Below, piece after piece: positions 50,076 to 63,114 of a stretch of 64,000 bases of DNA. Below the pieces are notes generated by a model, which worked only from the letters and a program-made list of their open reading frames with translations, did not search any database and was not told the DNA's origin. Location of the stretch: the NCBI RefSeq assembly GCF_006345805.1, contig NC_043015.1:47988001-48052000 (forward strand), read 5' to 3'. Position 1 is the stretch's first letter. The number at the start of each line of letters is the position of its first letter. This DNA is from Octopus sinensis (Eukaryota). The position numbers and the translations under genes were made by a program.

Positions 50076-50360
50076 ATCCAAAATTAGCAATGATTTTTTT
50101 TTTATAGCAGCCAAAATTAGCAATGTTTTTTTTTCTATAGCATCCAAAATTGGCAATTTTTTTCTCTACAACATCAAAAATTATTTATGTTTTTTTTTTT
50201 CCTATAGCATCTAAAATTAGCAATGATTTTTTTTTCTTTCTATAGCATCCAAAATTAGCAATGATTTTTTTCCTACAGCAACCAACATTAGCAATGTTTT
50301 TTTTTCCTACAGCATTTAATATTAACGATGTTTTTCTTATAGCATCAAAAATTAACATTG
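50076..50360. repeat. ~35-bp degenerate minisatellite (tagcatccaaaattagcaatg-T-run)
   Basis: ~8 visible copies. Confidence 0.85.
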
Positions 50361-50529
50361 TCTAAACAAGTACAGAAAGTAGGTGCTAAGTTTATAATTA
50401 CGATACATAACTAACGTTAAATTAATTAATTAATTTTAGTTTAGTGCTGCTATATACTGTAGAATGTTTTTTCAACAATTATATACTATAATGAAACCAC
50501 GAAAATATGTGAAACAATTATATACTTAC

Positions 50530-50615
50530 TGGATAAAACCATAGCGATCAGTAACGTGATACACAGAAAATTCGGGGTCTTCCCAGGGCTCAATTTCAGC
50601 CCCTTCTTCTCTACC
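50530..50615 (-). CDS. USP6NL: USP6NL exon ([29 protein letters not shown])
   Basis: ttttag/gtaagt, 86 nt, phase 0/2; GAEIEPWED...TDR.GF is the RN-tre N-terminal signature. Confidence 0.97.
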
Positions 50616-50696
50616 CTAAAATATAAATTAAATTCTGTTATGAACTTCAAATGCTGGCAATGTTACATGAAAGTTTAACAATGGAAAAAGAGAATG

Positions 50697-51352
50697 CTTT
50701 AACTCATTTGTTACCATATGTTGCCTTTGTTTCAATTAATTTTTTTAAATAATGAAGAATTTAGTAAAATAACTTTCTCATTATTATGCTAATTTGTCTG
50801 GAACAAATTAGCATAAAATTTTGATGGAAGATTATTACAATTTAGACCACTGCAACCCTTTAGCATTTAGACAGGCCATATCTCACCCAAATTTATTTAC
50901 CTGTTTTATAGACCTGGCCTCTCACACCTACCCTACAATGTCTTTCTAAAAATATAAACTCACATCATCAGAATTTTTAAGCTATCAGACAATGTATGAT
51001 TAATTCAAAACATGAATAAATAACCATTACATTTGACAGGGCAATCTGAATGCTAAAGGGTTAACCCTTTCGTTACTGTATTTATTTTGAGATGCTCTGT
51101 GTTTCTTTCTATTATTTTAAATATAACAAAGAATTTAGTAAAATAACTTGGTTATCATTAAGCTAGTGTTAGGAACATAAATTTGGACTAAGGTTTGGTG
51201 GTATATTTTAATGCAAAACTTATGAAAAAGACATTTGTACTACAGAGCCAGAGCTGGTTTTGGCTGGGTTGGTAACGAAAGGGTTAAAACAGAAAGTTTA
51301 CGCTATAAAACTTAGTGTTTTTCTCAGACGGGTTGATATCAAAAAAGGGTTA
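50697..51352. mobile_element. Nested piggyBac-like (TTAA) MITEs; youngest 51065-51283
   Basis: ttaa|ccctttcgttac...gtaacgaaaggg|ttaa; adjacent ccctttagcatt...aatgctaaaggg element; second copy at 61149-61370. Confidence 0.7.
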
Positions 51353-51789
51353 AATTGATGAAAGTCTCATGGATGAATACAAATTTCAAGATATTTTCTG
51401 TCTGCAGATTGGTCAGAGCCAAATGCTGTTTCACAAACAAGGATTCCTACCATCAGATAACAATGAACTTGTTTTACCCAAGTCGATGAACATTCCCACA
51501 CCAACACCTTCAAACAATAAACGAATCAAATAAGACTGCTTGCCTTCTTTGTGTACGTTGCTCTTAACTGAAATATTTCAATGACTTTAGCTGATGTCGT
51601 TATTGTAATGCTAATTAAGTCATTATATGAATATTCACATGTCTGCTATGCTATGGCTACTGCTACAGTATACGACCCTACACAAAAACATGCTGATTGG
51701 GAAAAATTCCCTCATTAACATTCTTACTCACACACAAACTTTACTCCCTGTCCCATTTATGGTTGTAATAACTACTCCTCTTAAATAAT

Positions 51790-52270
51790 AAAACTGCACT
51801 CACCACTCCCAAATTACAAGCTGCACTTACCATCCACAAAATACAAATTACACTCATCACTGCCAAACTACAAGCTGCACTCACTATTCCCAAAATACAA
51901 ACTACACTCACCATCCACAAAATACAAACTACACTCATCACTCCCAAATTACAAGCTGCACTCACCATCCACAAAATACAAACTACACTCATCACTCCCA
52001 AATTACAAGCTGCACTCACCATCCACAAAATACAAACTACACTCATCACTGCCAAACTACAAGCTGCACTCACCATTCACAAAATACAAACTACACTCAT
52101 CACTGCCAAACTACAAGCTGCACTCACCATTCACAAAATACAAACTACACTCATCACTGCCAAACTACAAGCTGCACTCACTATTCCCAAAATACAAACT
52201 ACACTCATCACTCCCAAACTACAAACTGCACTCACCATTCACTAAATACAAACTACACTCACCACCATCC
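51790..52270. repeat. 27-bp subunit / 54-bp dimer minisatellite
   Basis: actacactcatcactcccaaattacaa alternating with gctgcactcaccatccacaaaatacaa. Confidence 0.9.
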
Positions 52271-53084
52271 CCACCCACCAGCTGTACTCACTATCCCTCC
52301 ACTAAAGACTGTTCTTTCTTCCAAGAACACCAGCCTATCTGGAACATCTTCTTCACACAGGCACCACCTATTTTACTCCATCCACCATTTCTTACATAAC
52401 TAAAACATCCACCAATGCAGTCCTCTATATTTCAACATATAAACCACAACAAATATTCTCTCTCACATTTAAATCTCTTCTCCTCTATTTCCAACTCTTC
52501 TCTACAACTCAATATTCCAACTTCACTCTGAAAACGGTGTCTGCAGGTACATGGAATTCACTTTAATCTGCCATTTGTTTCTTCCACAAAGACTTCACCA
52601 ACAAAAACTCTTGGTTTCTCTCTCTCTTTCATTCATTACTCTAAAATCACCAATCACTCTCTGTACTCCTTTAAACAGTAGCAACTGTTTAATTATCTTT
52701 ATTTATTTTTTTTATTACCCACAGGGGGCTAAACATAGAGAGGACAAACAAGGACAGAGAAAGGGATTAAGCCGATTAAGTCGATCAACCCCAGTGCATA
52801 ACTGGTACTTATTTAATCGACCCTGAAAGGATGAAAGGCAAAGTCAACCTCAGCAGAATAACTCAGAACGTAGCAGCAGACAAAAAACTGCTAGGCAATT
52901 TGCCCAGCATGCTAACGATTCTACCGGTTCACCACCATCAGTTCAATTATCTTTATTGAGGACACCTCTCATCATAAATCATCTCTTTCTGAAATCATGG
53001 TGATATCAATAAACCTAACTTACTCTGAATTTCCTCCCACACCAATCCTGCCAGAAGCTGAACTGTCTACCATTCACAACCCAC

Positions 53085-53312
53085 TTCACCACACCCACAT
53101 GTATCGCTGACCAACACCACAAACTATCTTCACCACACCCACCTACTTCTCTAACCAACACCCCAAACTCTCTTCACCACACCCACCTACTTCTCTAACC
53201 AACACCCCAAACTCTCTTCACCACACCCACCTACTTCTCTAACCAACACCCCAAACTATCTTCACCACACCCACCTATTTCTCCAATACTCTGAACTATC
53301 TTCACCACACCC
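53085..53312. repeat. 44-bp C-rich minisatellite (~5 copies)
   Basis: cttcaccacacccacctacttctctaaccaacaccccaaactct at 53128, 53172 and 53216. Confidence 0.9.
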
Positions 53313-54399
53313 TCATATATAATACACTCTTTCATATTTCAGATTAGTTTACTTCCATATTTATTCATGTATTACATTTCTCAGCTTATTAAACCCAAGC
53401 ATAAGATTTTCATGCCTCACCTCACTCCTGGTCATGAACATTGGGTAACAACCGAAAGAGTATGGTCACGAATACATGTGGATAAAAGGGTGTGTAGCAC
53501 GGAGATCAGGGAATCTCTCCAGGTTGAGCTACTACTCCTCCACACTGAGATATCACAGTGCCATGCAGTAAAGAATCACAAAATGGATTCTTCAGGCTGA
53601 GCCAACCAGCAGGAAACCAAGAGTAGAACAAGAATCGGATGGTTGGGTTACATCTATAATCTGAAGTGGCCAGGCTTGGAAATCTAGCTGAGAAAGTGTG
53701 ATGACAGTTGTTTCTGACTGGACCCTCAACCCAACACCCAATCTGTACCTGTCAAAACTTCCCAACAACTTATCTTCATAACACCCGACCCTCTATCTAC
53801 GGTACTATTTCTCAGTTACTGTAATTATAGGAGAGCAAAACTGCACATAGTCCTTCCTTCCTTTTTTTTTTTTTTGTGCTACCATTAATCCTTCTTCTTG
53901 GAGCCATTTCCCTTGTCACCACATCTGCACCCCTAACATCATCCCATAGCTTTATCTGTCCATTGAATGTTCATTTCTCCTGAACACCCTCTCATCTCTG
54001 TCATTAACACTGCTTTTTGCAACTCACTATATCCACCCCTATATATGCTTAACCTTTGTCACGGTGCATCTTCTGTCTCTCAACACTTTGCCTCATTCCC
54101 TGCTACCAACTCATCCAACCACCCTTGATTCTCTGCCTCCCCCCACCTCATATTACCTATGCCCCTTTTTGTATTTTGAAGTTATGCCCTGATACAACTC
54201 CATCTGTCACCATTTTCTGCTGGGGTATCCATACATCTCCTCTACAGCAAAATACCCGTTCCTGTCTCTCTTTCCTACATCAGCTTTTCTACATCTGGCA
54301 CAATTCCACCTCCCTTAATACTGTACATCCACTCTGTGTCTTCTGAATTACTTGACGATCTCACTAGTGTTGGTGCCACAAAAGAAAAGAACGAAAAGG

Positions 54400-55177
54400 G
54401 GATCTTTTCCTTTTGAACGGCACTTTTCAACACAATTTCTAGTATACTGGTAGAATGTGTTTATAAAACATCATTTTTTTCTTGGCTTTATTGAGAAAAT
54501 TCTATATGTTGTAACATATTTCGTCTTTAATTTCGAGCATTTCGGCAATTTTAACCAATCGCTGACCTCCATTTAGGTAAAATAACATTCTGTGCATAAT
54601 GAATATGTCTCTCCTTTAAGAAACAGATTGGGTTTATTTACATTTGTGAAGAAAAAAGATACCCTTCCCCCACCCCTAACCCTAACCCTAAATCTAAAAT
54701 AGATTGAAATGCAATAGATCGATACTAGGATTATAATTATGGGTGACAATTTCATACGACACCGTTACGGAAAATGGGATTTTTTTCTAGCAGTGTCAAA
54801 TGAAAATGTCACCCATAATTATGGCCCTAGTATTGATCTATTGCATTTCAATCTATCTTAGATTTAGGGTTAGAGTTAGGGTTAGGGGAAGGGTATCTTT
54901 TTTTCCTCACAAATGTAAATAAACCCGATCTGTTTCTTAAAGGAGGGACATATTCATTATACACAGAATGTTATTTACCTAAATGGACATCAGCGATTGG
55001 TTAAAATTGCTAAAATGCTCGAAATTAAAGACGAAATATGTTAAACATATAGAATTTTCTCAATAAATCCAAGAGAAAAAGATGTTTTATAAACACATTC
55101 TACCAGTATACAAAGTTTAAAACTTTTTAGTTACCTAGAAATTATGTTACAAAGTACCGTTCAAAAGTAAAAGATCC
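54400..55177. mobile_element. Palindromic (foldback) form of the Merlin-like MITE, with TTAGGG motifs
   Basis: ggatctttt...aaaagatcc termini; flanks cgaaaagg/cgaaaggg (7/8); two ~370-bp inverted arms homologous to element 11-409. Confidence 0.8.
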
Positions 55178-56449
55178 CGAAAGGGACCCAATAAACTCAG
55201 CAAAGTGGTTGGTGTTCGGAGGAGGACATCCAGCCACAGAAACCTTGCTGAAGCAGATAATGGAGACCAACAGAGTTTTCAAGCTGGCCATGTTTTGTCA
55301 AACCATCCACCCATGCCAGCGTAAAACATGGATGATAACGAAGGTGGTAATTAGGACATAAATACTCTCATTATCAAAATATGAACATAAATAAATACTT
55401 TTGTTTCTGAAATATCATGTAATTATGATTTTTAAAAAAAAAGACATCATTATATATGTTTCTACTGAAAGAAATTAATGGAAATATTTAAATGGTGTAG
55501 TGTAATTAATGCCTTTTCATTCTGCTTTCTGCATTTTCTATCTCTTCATATTGGCCGACTTTACAATAGATACACTTTTACAGCCTACATAGAGAAAGTT
55601 CAAAGGTCACTTCTGAACTTGCTCTTTGTTTTGAGGAAACATGAACTTTATCAATCTGCTTTAGACAGCAATTATAATAAATCATAATATGAAGGGGAAA
55701 AAATTTTAAAAAAAACAGTACATATAATACGCAAAAGAGATTTTTCTTCAGGATTCCCTAGCTCATAATTAGCGATTATAGACATGTACATAGTATCTAT
55801 GTAGTGGAAATAGGTGAACAATGAAAGACAATGATTTCGTCCTTGCCTCAATCACAGATCTAAATCTCTGGGGTGTTCAACCAGAGGAATAATGTAAGTA
55901 TTAGGTTCTGTCACAAACAAGCAGGATAAATGTACAATTATCCCTAGCCACAAAAATATCATGCTTGCCTTCTTTGCTCATTGACTCCGACATATGAACT
56001 GGCTCCTTCTGGTCAAAAGACACAATCAACTGACTTTCTCCCTATTATTACTTCTACCTACAAATCCAACTCATCACATCCACCTGCTCCACAACCCATC
56101 GCAAGAACACACAATAGCGAAAGGCCACCATCACCACAAAATCTCTAAACAACTGAAAAGGACTCACAGTTTCCATGTACCCCCTTCACCTACTACAATT
56201 ATTTCTATGTACAACTATCTAAAAGTGAGAAAACCCAGCCTAGCCACAGCACTGTGGTGGTGCACTGGCCCAGTGGTTAGGACAGCGAGTCATAAGAACG
56301 CGGTTTCGATTCCCAGACCAAGCATTGTGAGTGTTTATTGAGCAAAAACACCTAAGCTCCACGAGGCTCCAGCAGGGGGACCCCACTGTACTCTTTCACC
56401 ACAACTTTCTCTCACTTTTTCTTCCTACTTCTGCCACAAAGCAGAGGAA

Positions 56450-57900
56450 CCATGGTGTAACCCACGATGGTGTGGTGAACTTTCAGACCCTAGTCTAGAT
56501 TGCAAATCCTCTGTACCCCAGGATGGTTCAGCTCTCCACCCATTAAAAGCCACCGTTTACGGAATGAGGATAACAATGTAGCTTTCGCACCCGTGCAACC
56601 GCCAGTCTATCACGTGTGGTGGGTTGATCTTCAAGTTGCCACACGCATTCTTAGTAGCTTAGAGTAGGCTCGAATTAGAGATTATTCTTTGTGGCTAATG
56701 GCACGAGTCCTGATTGGAAGAAGAAGAAGAAGACCACAGCACTCACATCGTGGTCATTCATCCACCTAGGTGGCCATTGCTCCCTCAGCAACATTTGCAG
56801 CATTGCAATGTTGACCTCAACCTTTTCTTGTTTATTGTCACTAGCTTCATCTTCATCTATGCCAATCACCCCAAACATACATCCAATATGTGATATAGCA
56901 ACCTGCTGACAGAAATACAATGCTGGGAATTAAGATCTGTCACCCTTCCCTTAACCCGCAAAGATGGACAGCAAGCACACATAGGATAGCATCGCCCAAA
57001 CCTCATCTCCAGTCTCGACAGATATGGATCCTTCTCCTCAAATTGTATTTGATGGTGTCCACTCATATTGCAAAATTGTTTAAGGGGAAATCAACTTCTC
57101 CAGTAGGCCCCGCCAAGGCAACATGCTGTGCCAGAACGTTTCATCAACCAGGGAAGTAGGCCCTCTTTTGGCCATTACTTTGACCATTTGATAGTCAATC
57201 CCATTTCCACTCGGCCTGTATACAGATCTAAAGTAACACCTAACACTCCACCTGTCCAGCACCTCTTTCAGTGAAATGCAATCCTATTATCCATCAGTAC
57301 CTCATACACTGGGCCCCATTCTCCAAAAATATCTTATTCGGGGCCTTTGCATTTTCAACTGCAGCCTTTACCCTAATCTCCTTCCACATAGCCAGTCACT
57401 CAGACCTAGAGTCAACCCTTAATGACATACAATCCTTGCTGGTGGTGTATCACACTGACACCTGTTACAGCTTCTAACTACCCTATGAACATTCTCCCTA
57501 GCAACATCAGGGAAGGAGGGAATCAAGCTTTATGGCTAAAAATAAGATTGTGCCCACCCCCATATGGTGCATGTCATGCATTCTCTTTAAGTAACACTGC
57601 AGTCATTCCCCTTTTTAAATCCTCCTGTACTCCCACCAAGGTTTTCCTCATCCTGGTATGAATGTCCTGTTGTTTTTTTCTTCTCAAAGGGCACCAACAT
57701 TGATATGGTTGTAATCATCTTTCTTTCTAAGCTAGGCTGCATGCTCTATCTCAGCATCACATATTTTTGGAACACCTCCCATTGCCCTGCTAAGAGCATC
57801 CTACCTTACAACAGTCCTCTACGAGTTTCATACACACAGATGTTGCAGGCCACAGATGATCAGTTTTTACCAGCGAGAAGAGGATCCAAAGAAAGGGAAC
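56450..57900 (-). pseudogene. Highly degenerate LINE ORF2 C-terminal relic (possibly L1/Tx1-like)
   Basis: Trp/Cys-rich broken frames with higher GC; no clean motif recovered. Confidence 0.3.
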
Positions 57901-59422
57901 TGCAGAAAAGATTGTAAAGCAATGCCTGGGAACCCTAACAGAATCGATTACCAAAATATTTTGTTGGGAAATTGATAAAAAATGGAAAATGGTTTCCTTC
58001 TTACTTTAGCCACAAGTCTTCAAAAGTCTAGAGCACTTGCAGAAAAGAACAAAGGTGGCACAAAATTCCATCACAAACAAAAACACAGACAAGTATTAAT
58101 AGTTGTGGACTCCACTCCACTTCTATGGACTTGAGTCAGGCACAATGACTGGTATGCTATGTATTCTATTAATTATTCAATTTGTGTGCCACTGTCCTGT
58201 CATTGTGCGTTTCAAAATTGATAATGTCTGAGGGTCACTGCTCCTCACTCAGATATTGCAGTTGCTGGCGTTTACACCTTCGCTTACTGTTAAAGCAACA
58301 TTAAGTACATTCACTCAACATTCTCAACCGAAATCTCATTGCTTAATGAAGCCAAGGAGATACCAGTCTCAACCCTTTAACATTCACATTATTCTATTAA
58401 ATATAATGCTTATTTATTCATATTGTTTTGAATTAATCATGGATTATCTTGTAGCTTTGAGATTTTGATGAGGTAGGATTGGTATGAGAGGCCAGATCCG
58501 GCCACTTCGAACACAAAACAGGAGAGAATATTTTGGCTGTTTAAATATGGCCAGTTTAAATACTAGTTGGTTAAATCAACTCTGGAACTCATTTGATTTT
58601 TAATTAACCCGAAAAGATGAAAAGCAAAGTTGATTTATCTCAGTGGGATTTGAACTAAAAACAGAATCGGAATACTACACGGCAGTATTTTATTCCAACT
58701 TCAGTAAACACAATGTCTCTGATCATATCTCTTGTGAGAACCTCTCAGCTGTGTTGCCTATGTATAGGCTCCGCCAATCCCTTATTTTTTGGATACACAA
58801 CTTCTCATCATATTGCACCATCGCAGTGTTGGCCAAGGAAACTCCCCGTAATACTGCACTCTATAGCAATTTGTGTGCCCTACGGTTGTGTTTCCTTAAT
58901 TCTTCATTAACAGCCCTCTTGCTGTCACTTCAAACATATGCAAATGATACCATGCTTCAGCTCTTAACAGACATCAACCATGTGCACCTAGAAACTATGC
59001 GATCAATACATTTACCAGACAAAGAGCCTTGAATCTAACACCCTCTTCACTTGAACAGTACATAACCAAAACTCCTAAAGTCATAACAAATGTTAAGCCT
59101 CATTAATTTTGGTGACTTCTCATATGACTTCACATATATAAAACTGCCAAAGCTAAATGCCAACAAGTGCATTTCCTCTTCTGGGTCTAAAAATACTTCA
59201 ACTCTAAACATTCACTGACTCTAAAGTGAAGATCACATTGGAGGGTTGCTTATCTAATAGATATATTACTGCTGTTACACACACACGTACATGTGTGTGT
59301 GTATGTGTTTGTTTTTGTTGAGTCATAATAAAAACAATTTTGCATTAGACCGAAAGATAACTCAATATTTTATTTAGAGTACATATTTATCATTCTTTCG
59401 CTCTTTTACAAGAATAGTGTCG

Positions 59423-59520
59423 ACAGTGACTTTGAAGTTTAGGTCTGCTTAACCTTCATCAGACTATCTACAATGTGATGAAGGCTAAGCAGGTCAAAAC
59501 TTGTGGCTTCCGAAGTCATT
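59423..59520. ncRNA. Divergent pair of degenerate hammerhead motifs
   Basis: Minus: auagu-CUGAUGA-aggu[..]accu-AA-ACUUcaAAGU-C-acugu (G12 lost). Plus: aau-GUGAUGA...AAAAC...GUC-auu. Confidence 0.45.
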
Positions 59521-59619
59521 TGACTTCTATCTCTAGTAAAGCTGGTACTCTTTAAACTTGCCTGCACAGTTCACACTTTAAATAGCCACTAATATTATTA
59601 TTTTTATTATTAATAATAT

Positions 59620-59666
<47 letters not shown>

Positions 59667-60358
59667 TAAACTACCTGTGGCCCATTGGGTCACCAGGAAA
59701 GTCTGAGTTTTATTTCATGGGTTTTTCTTTTCCTTTCCAGAAAATCACGTGTAAACGGCTCCCTTCCCCAGAAAAGGAAAGATCTGGCTGCTATTTCTTG
59801 CACGCCCTGATACCACATAACAGGTATTTTGGGGTCCTTTATTGCAAATAGCAATTATGTGGTAGCAGGGCGAGCTAGAAATAGCAGCCAAATCTTTGGA
59901 GGTGAGATACGTTGAATGCACTCAAAAGAAACCTACAGAAAAAACTATTTCACACCGAGGTTATGAACGGATCTTTTACAAAATATTTACTGTATTTTTA
60001 AAATCATTTTCACTTAAAAATATTTTGCCCATCATATGTCTAATGGAAAGGTTAAAGTTGGTTCCCTTTCAGGGTTAAGTTATTCTCAGAGTATTTTCCC
60101 ATTATGCTCTGTTTTGGGTATTTATACTCCCAAAACCCTGAATATCTCAGTAACCACTGGTCCGATTTACGCAAAATTTGTTTTATTCTGTTTATATTCA
60201 CATTACTTGAAAAGTATTTTCCTATCATGTGCCAATTTGGCTGTGTAACATTGCAAGCAAGTAAGATTGATATTCATTTTTAATGTATTATAGATATACT
60301 TATAAATTGAGGATATAATCATTAAAATGATTAAATCAGTGGCTAGTGTATTTTTTAG

Positions 60359-60389
<31 letters not shown>

Positions 60390-60669
60390 GATATGTATGT
60401 ATGCATGTACACACAAAAACAATGGATTACAGTAATCCCTCGCCATATCATGGTTTATTATTTAAGCTTTATGTAGATTCCTCCGTGGTGTTGTTTTGCA
60501 TTTATAAAATAAATATATACAAATAACAAAAATAAATACACAAGTTCCACACTGACATGAATCGTATCAATCAACTTCATTAGTCTCAAAGACTAAACCA
60601 TTTTTTAAAAGAACAGAATCACCCCAGAATTTGACAATAAAAAAAGAGAAATGATATCAAAGTCTGCAC

Positions 60670-60743
60670 CTTGTCATATTTCTGCCAGATTTCTTCTCTT
60701 TCTTTAGCAGCTCGTTGTAGTTCTTCATAATCACTGAGCTTAT
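60670..60743 (-). CDS. USP6NL: USP6NL most 5' exon found (KLSDYEELQRAAKEREEIWQKYDK)
   Basis: gtttcag/gtgcag, 74 nt, phase 1/0; resembles the RN-tre ER.EI..KYD motif; ATG exon not located. Confidence 0.9.
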
Positions 60744-61148
60744 CTGAAACAAATCAATATTGCTTTTTAGAATATTTTTTTACCCAGAGAAAAAGTAGTT
60801 TGCTTATTACTGCTTCTTATAAACCGAGATTGCAATATTTTATGCTTAGGTACCAAATTCTCCAATTACCGTATTTTCAAGCATACAAATTGATGTAGTG
60901 TACAATGCAAGCATTCAAACATCGTCACTGTATTTATAAATCCTGTTGCATTTCACATGGAATTTTTAGCCCTCCAATGTCATCTTAGTGTATAATTCAC
61001 CTAATCATTTTTGGCTGTTGATTTTGGTCTGAAAATTTCAATTTGTATGCCTGAAAATATGGTAAATCTATGTCTACATGCATTCAATCACATTTGTTAT
61101 TTCATATTTTCAAAACCAAATGAGATGTAATTCTTCTTTAATATTTAA

Positions 61149-61370
61149 CCCTTTCGTTACCGTATTTATTTTGAGATGCTCTGTGTTTCATTCAATTAAT
61201 TTTAAATACAACAAAGAATTTAGTGAAATAACTTAGTTATCATTAAGTTAGTGTTAGGAACATCAATTGTGACTAAGGTTTGGAGGAAGATTGTAATTCA
61301 ATACTTATGAAAACAAGACATTTGTACTACAGAGCTAGAGGCGGTTTTGGCTGGGTTGGTATCAAAAGGG
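61149..61370. mobile_element. piggyBac-like MITE, TTAA TSD
   Basis: ttaa|ccctttcgttacc...ggtatcaaaaggg|ttaa; homologous to 51065-51283. Confidence 0.8.
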
Positions 61371-63071
61371 TTAAGGTAAATAAACCAAATCCCTGTTTTC
61401 TGATAAATACATCCATTATCATTAAAACATGGCCTAACTTACTGAAATTATTAGATGGGAAAATCTAAAATAATATAATTTTTCAATATCATTGATTTGT
61501 AACTGAAATACAGTTTAATTTTAATTTAAATGCAATAAATTATTTGAAGTTTTGGAATAGCTATCAGTATCTTATGAAGAAGGAAAAGGACAAGGAATTG
61601 AGGAGGGGTGCTTTTCTCTTTTTTTTTTTTTTTTTTTACATTCCAGTGTTTCATGCAATAGGAATTATATTTCTAAAAGAATTTCTCACTCACCACCAAA
61701 TTACAATTTTTATATTTCTATTCCTCAATTTCTTACCCCTTTTCTTTTCCACAAGGTAGTGATAGTTATTCCAAATGTTTCGCAATTATTTTAAAAGTAA
61801 ACATTTATTTTAAAAAAAATTCCATCATTTTGTTACCAAATTTCTGTTCATATACACTCCCGTCCTTTTAATTAATTTTGAAAATAAGGAATCTAGTAAA
61901 ATAAGTTTGTCATTAATGAGATGGGGTTTGAAATATAAATTAACAGGAAATCTTAATGGCATGTTTTAATTTAGACCAGTATGAAACAGGTTTACATCAT
62001 ACAACAAACGGGGATCTTAGGTGGATTGGTATTGAAAGGGTTACTAAGCTATGATATAAATTAAAACAATGGTAACTAAATTGCTAAAAATAGGAGTAAT
62101 TTTATACTTATACAGTGAAAGTTTGGTAGAAGAGGATAGTAATCAATGGATTTTAACTAAAAGGATATTAGCTAATTAAATACAATCGGCTGCACAAAAA
62201 CAAAAAAAAAAAATGAACTAAGTCTGAAAGTCAGAATCCAAAATTGCTGACTGGCATATATCAAATTAACCTTTAAACCTTAAATATGACCACCCCCAAG
62301 TATAACAAATACTTAAATAATCAACTTATTCCTAGGTAAAATTAGAAAAACACCTACGAAAATAAAATAGAAAAATCCGATATATAGAAACAACAACTAT
62401 ATATACAAACATATAATATGAGAGGGGAGCAAGAATCAATTCTGACAGTCACAAAACACCATAAAGATAAAAAATAGTTGAGATGTCATATGTTGTAGAC
62501 ATAACATATCAATACACGCAAGAAGGAAGGGGACATTTACTTGGGGTGTTACAAGAATGTGGGGCAGGGGTATAGCTAAACCAATGGGGATAGTAAACTG
62601 GGGTGCGTTAAAAAAATTTTTTAATTGAACTACAAAAGAATGTTTCTAGGGCACCAGTCCACCTAGGAATTACATAGGAGTAACTCAGGTCATTGGAAAT
62701 ACTTGTTCATAATAGAAAACCGACCAAAATAAAGGGCAGATTTTTATTTACAAACACCAGCACATCACCCAGTCTTCAGTTTCCCTCACAAAACATGTAG
62801 AGGAGATACACAAAAGTACATCATTAAATAAATTATATGGGATATATTACTACTCAACATTGAGTATAACAACCTAATTTAGCATGAAAACAAATGATGA
62901 TGATGGTAAAGATATAATAATAATAATATATTTTACCCCAGTGTCACTTTGATGGCATGCACTGCTCTCTCACTCAATAATAATAATCATAAATAATAAT
63001 GATTTTTACTATTATCACTAATCTTTATCAACATTATCATCTCCATGATGATGATGACGATAATAATAATA

Positions 63072-63114
<43 letters not shown>

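Noticed and set aside
51741-52076. Hydrophobic repeat ORF (MVSAACNLGVMSVVCILW)n as an alternative USP6NL exon
   Set aside because: Product of the 27/54-bp minisatellite; the flanking exons already join in phase
54670-54890. Interstitial telomere or chromosome fusion site
   Set aside because: Only 3-4 units per arm, internal to a MITE family also seen at 11-409
2759-59520. Idea that only broken hammerheads occur sense to host pre-mRNAs
   Set aside because: The canonical 2759 motif and the 32039 variant are both sense-intronic
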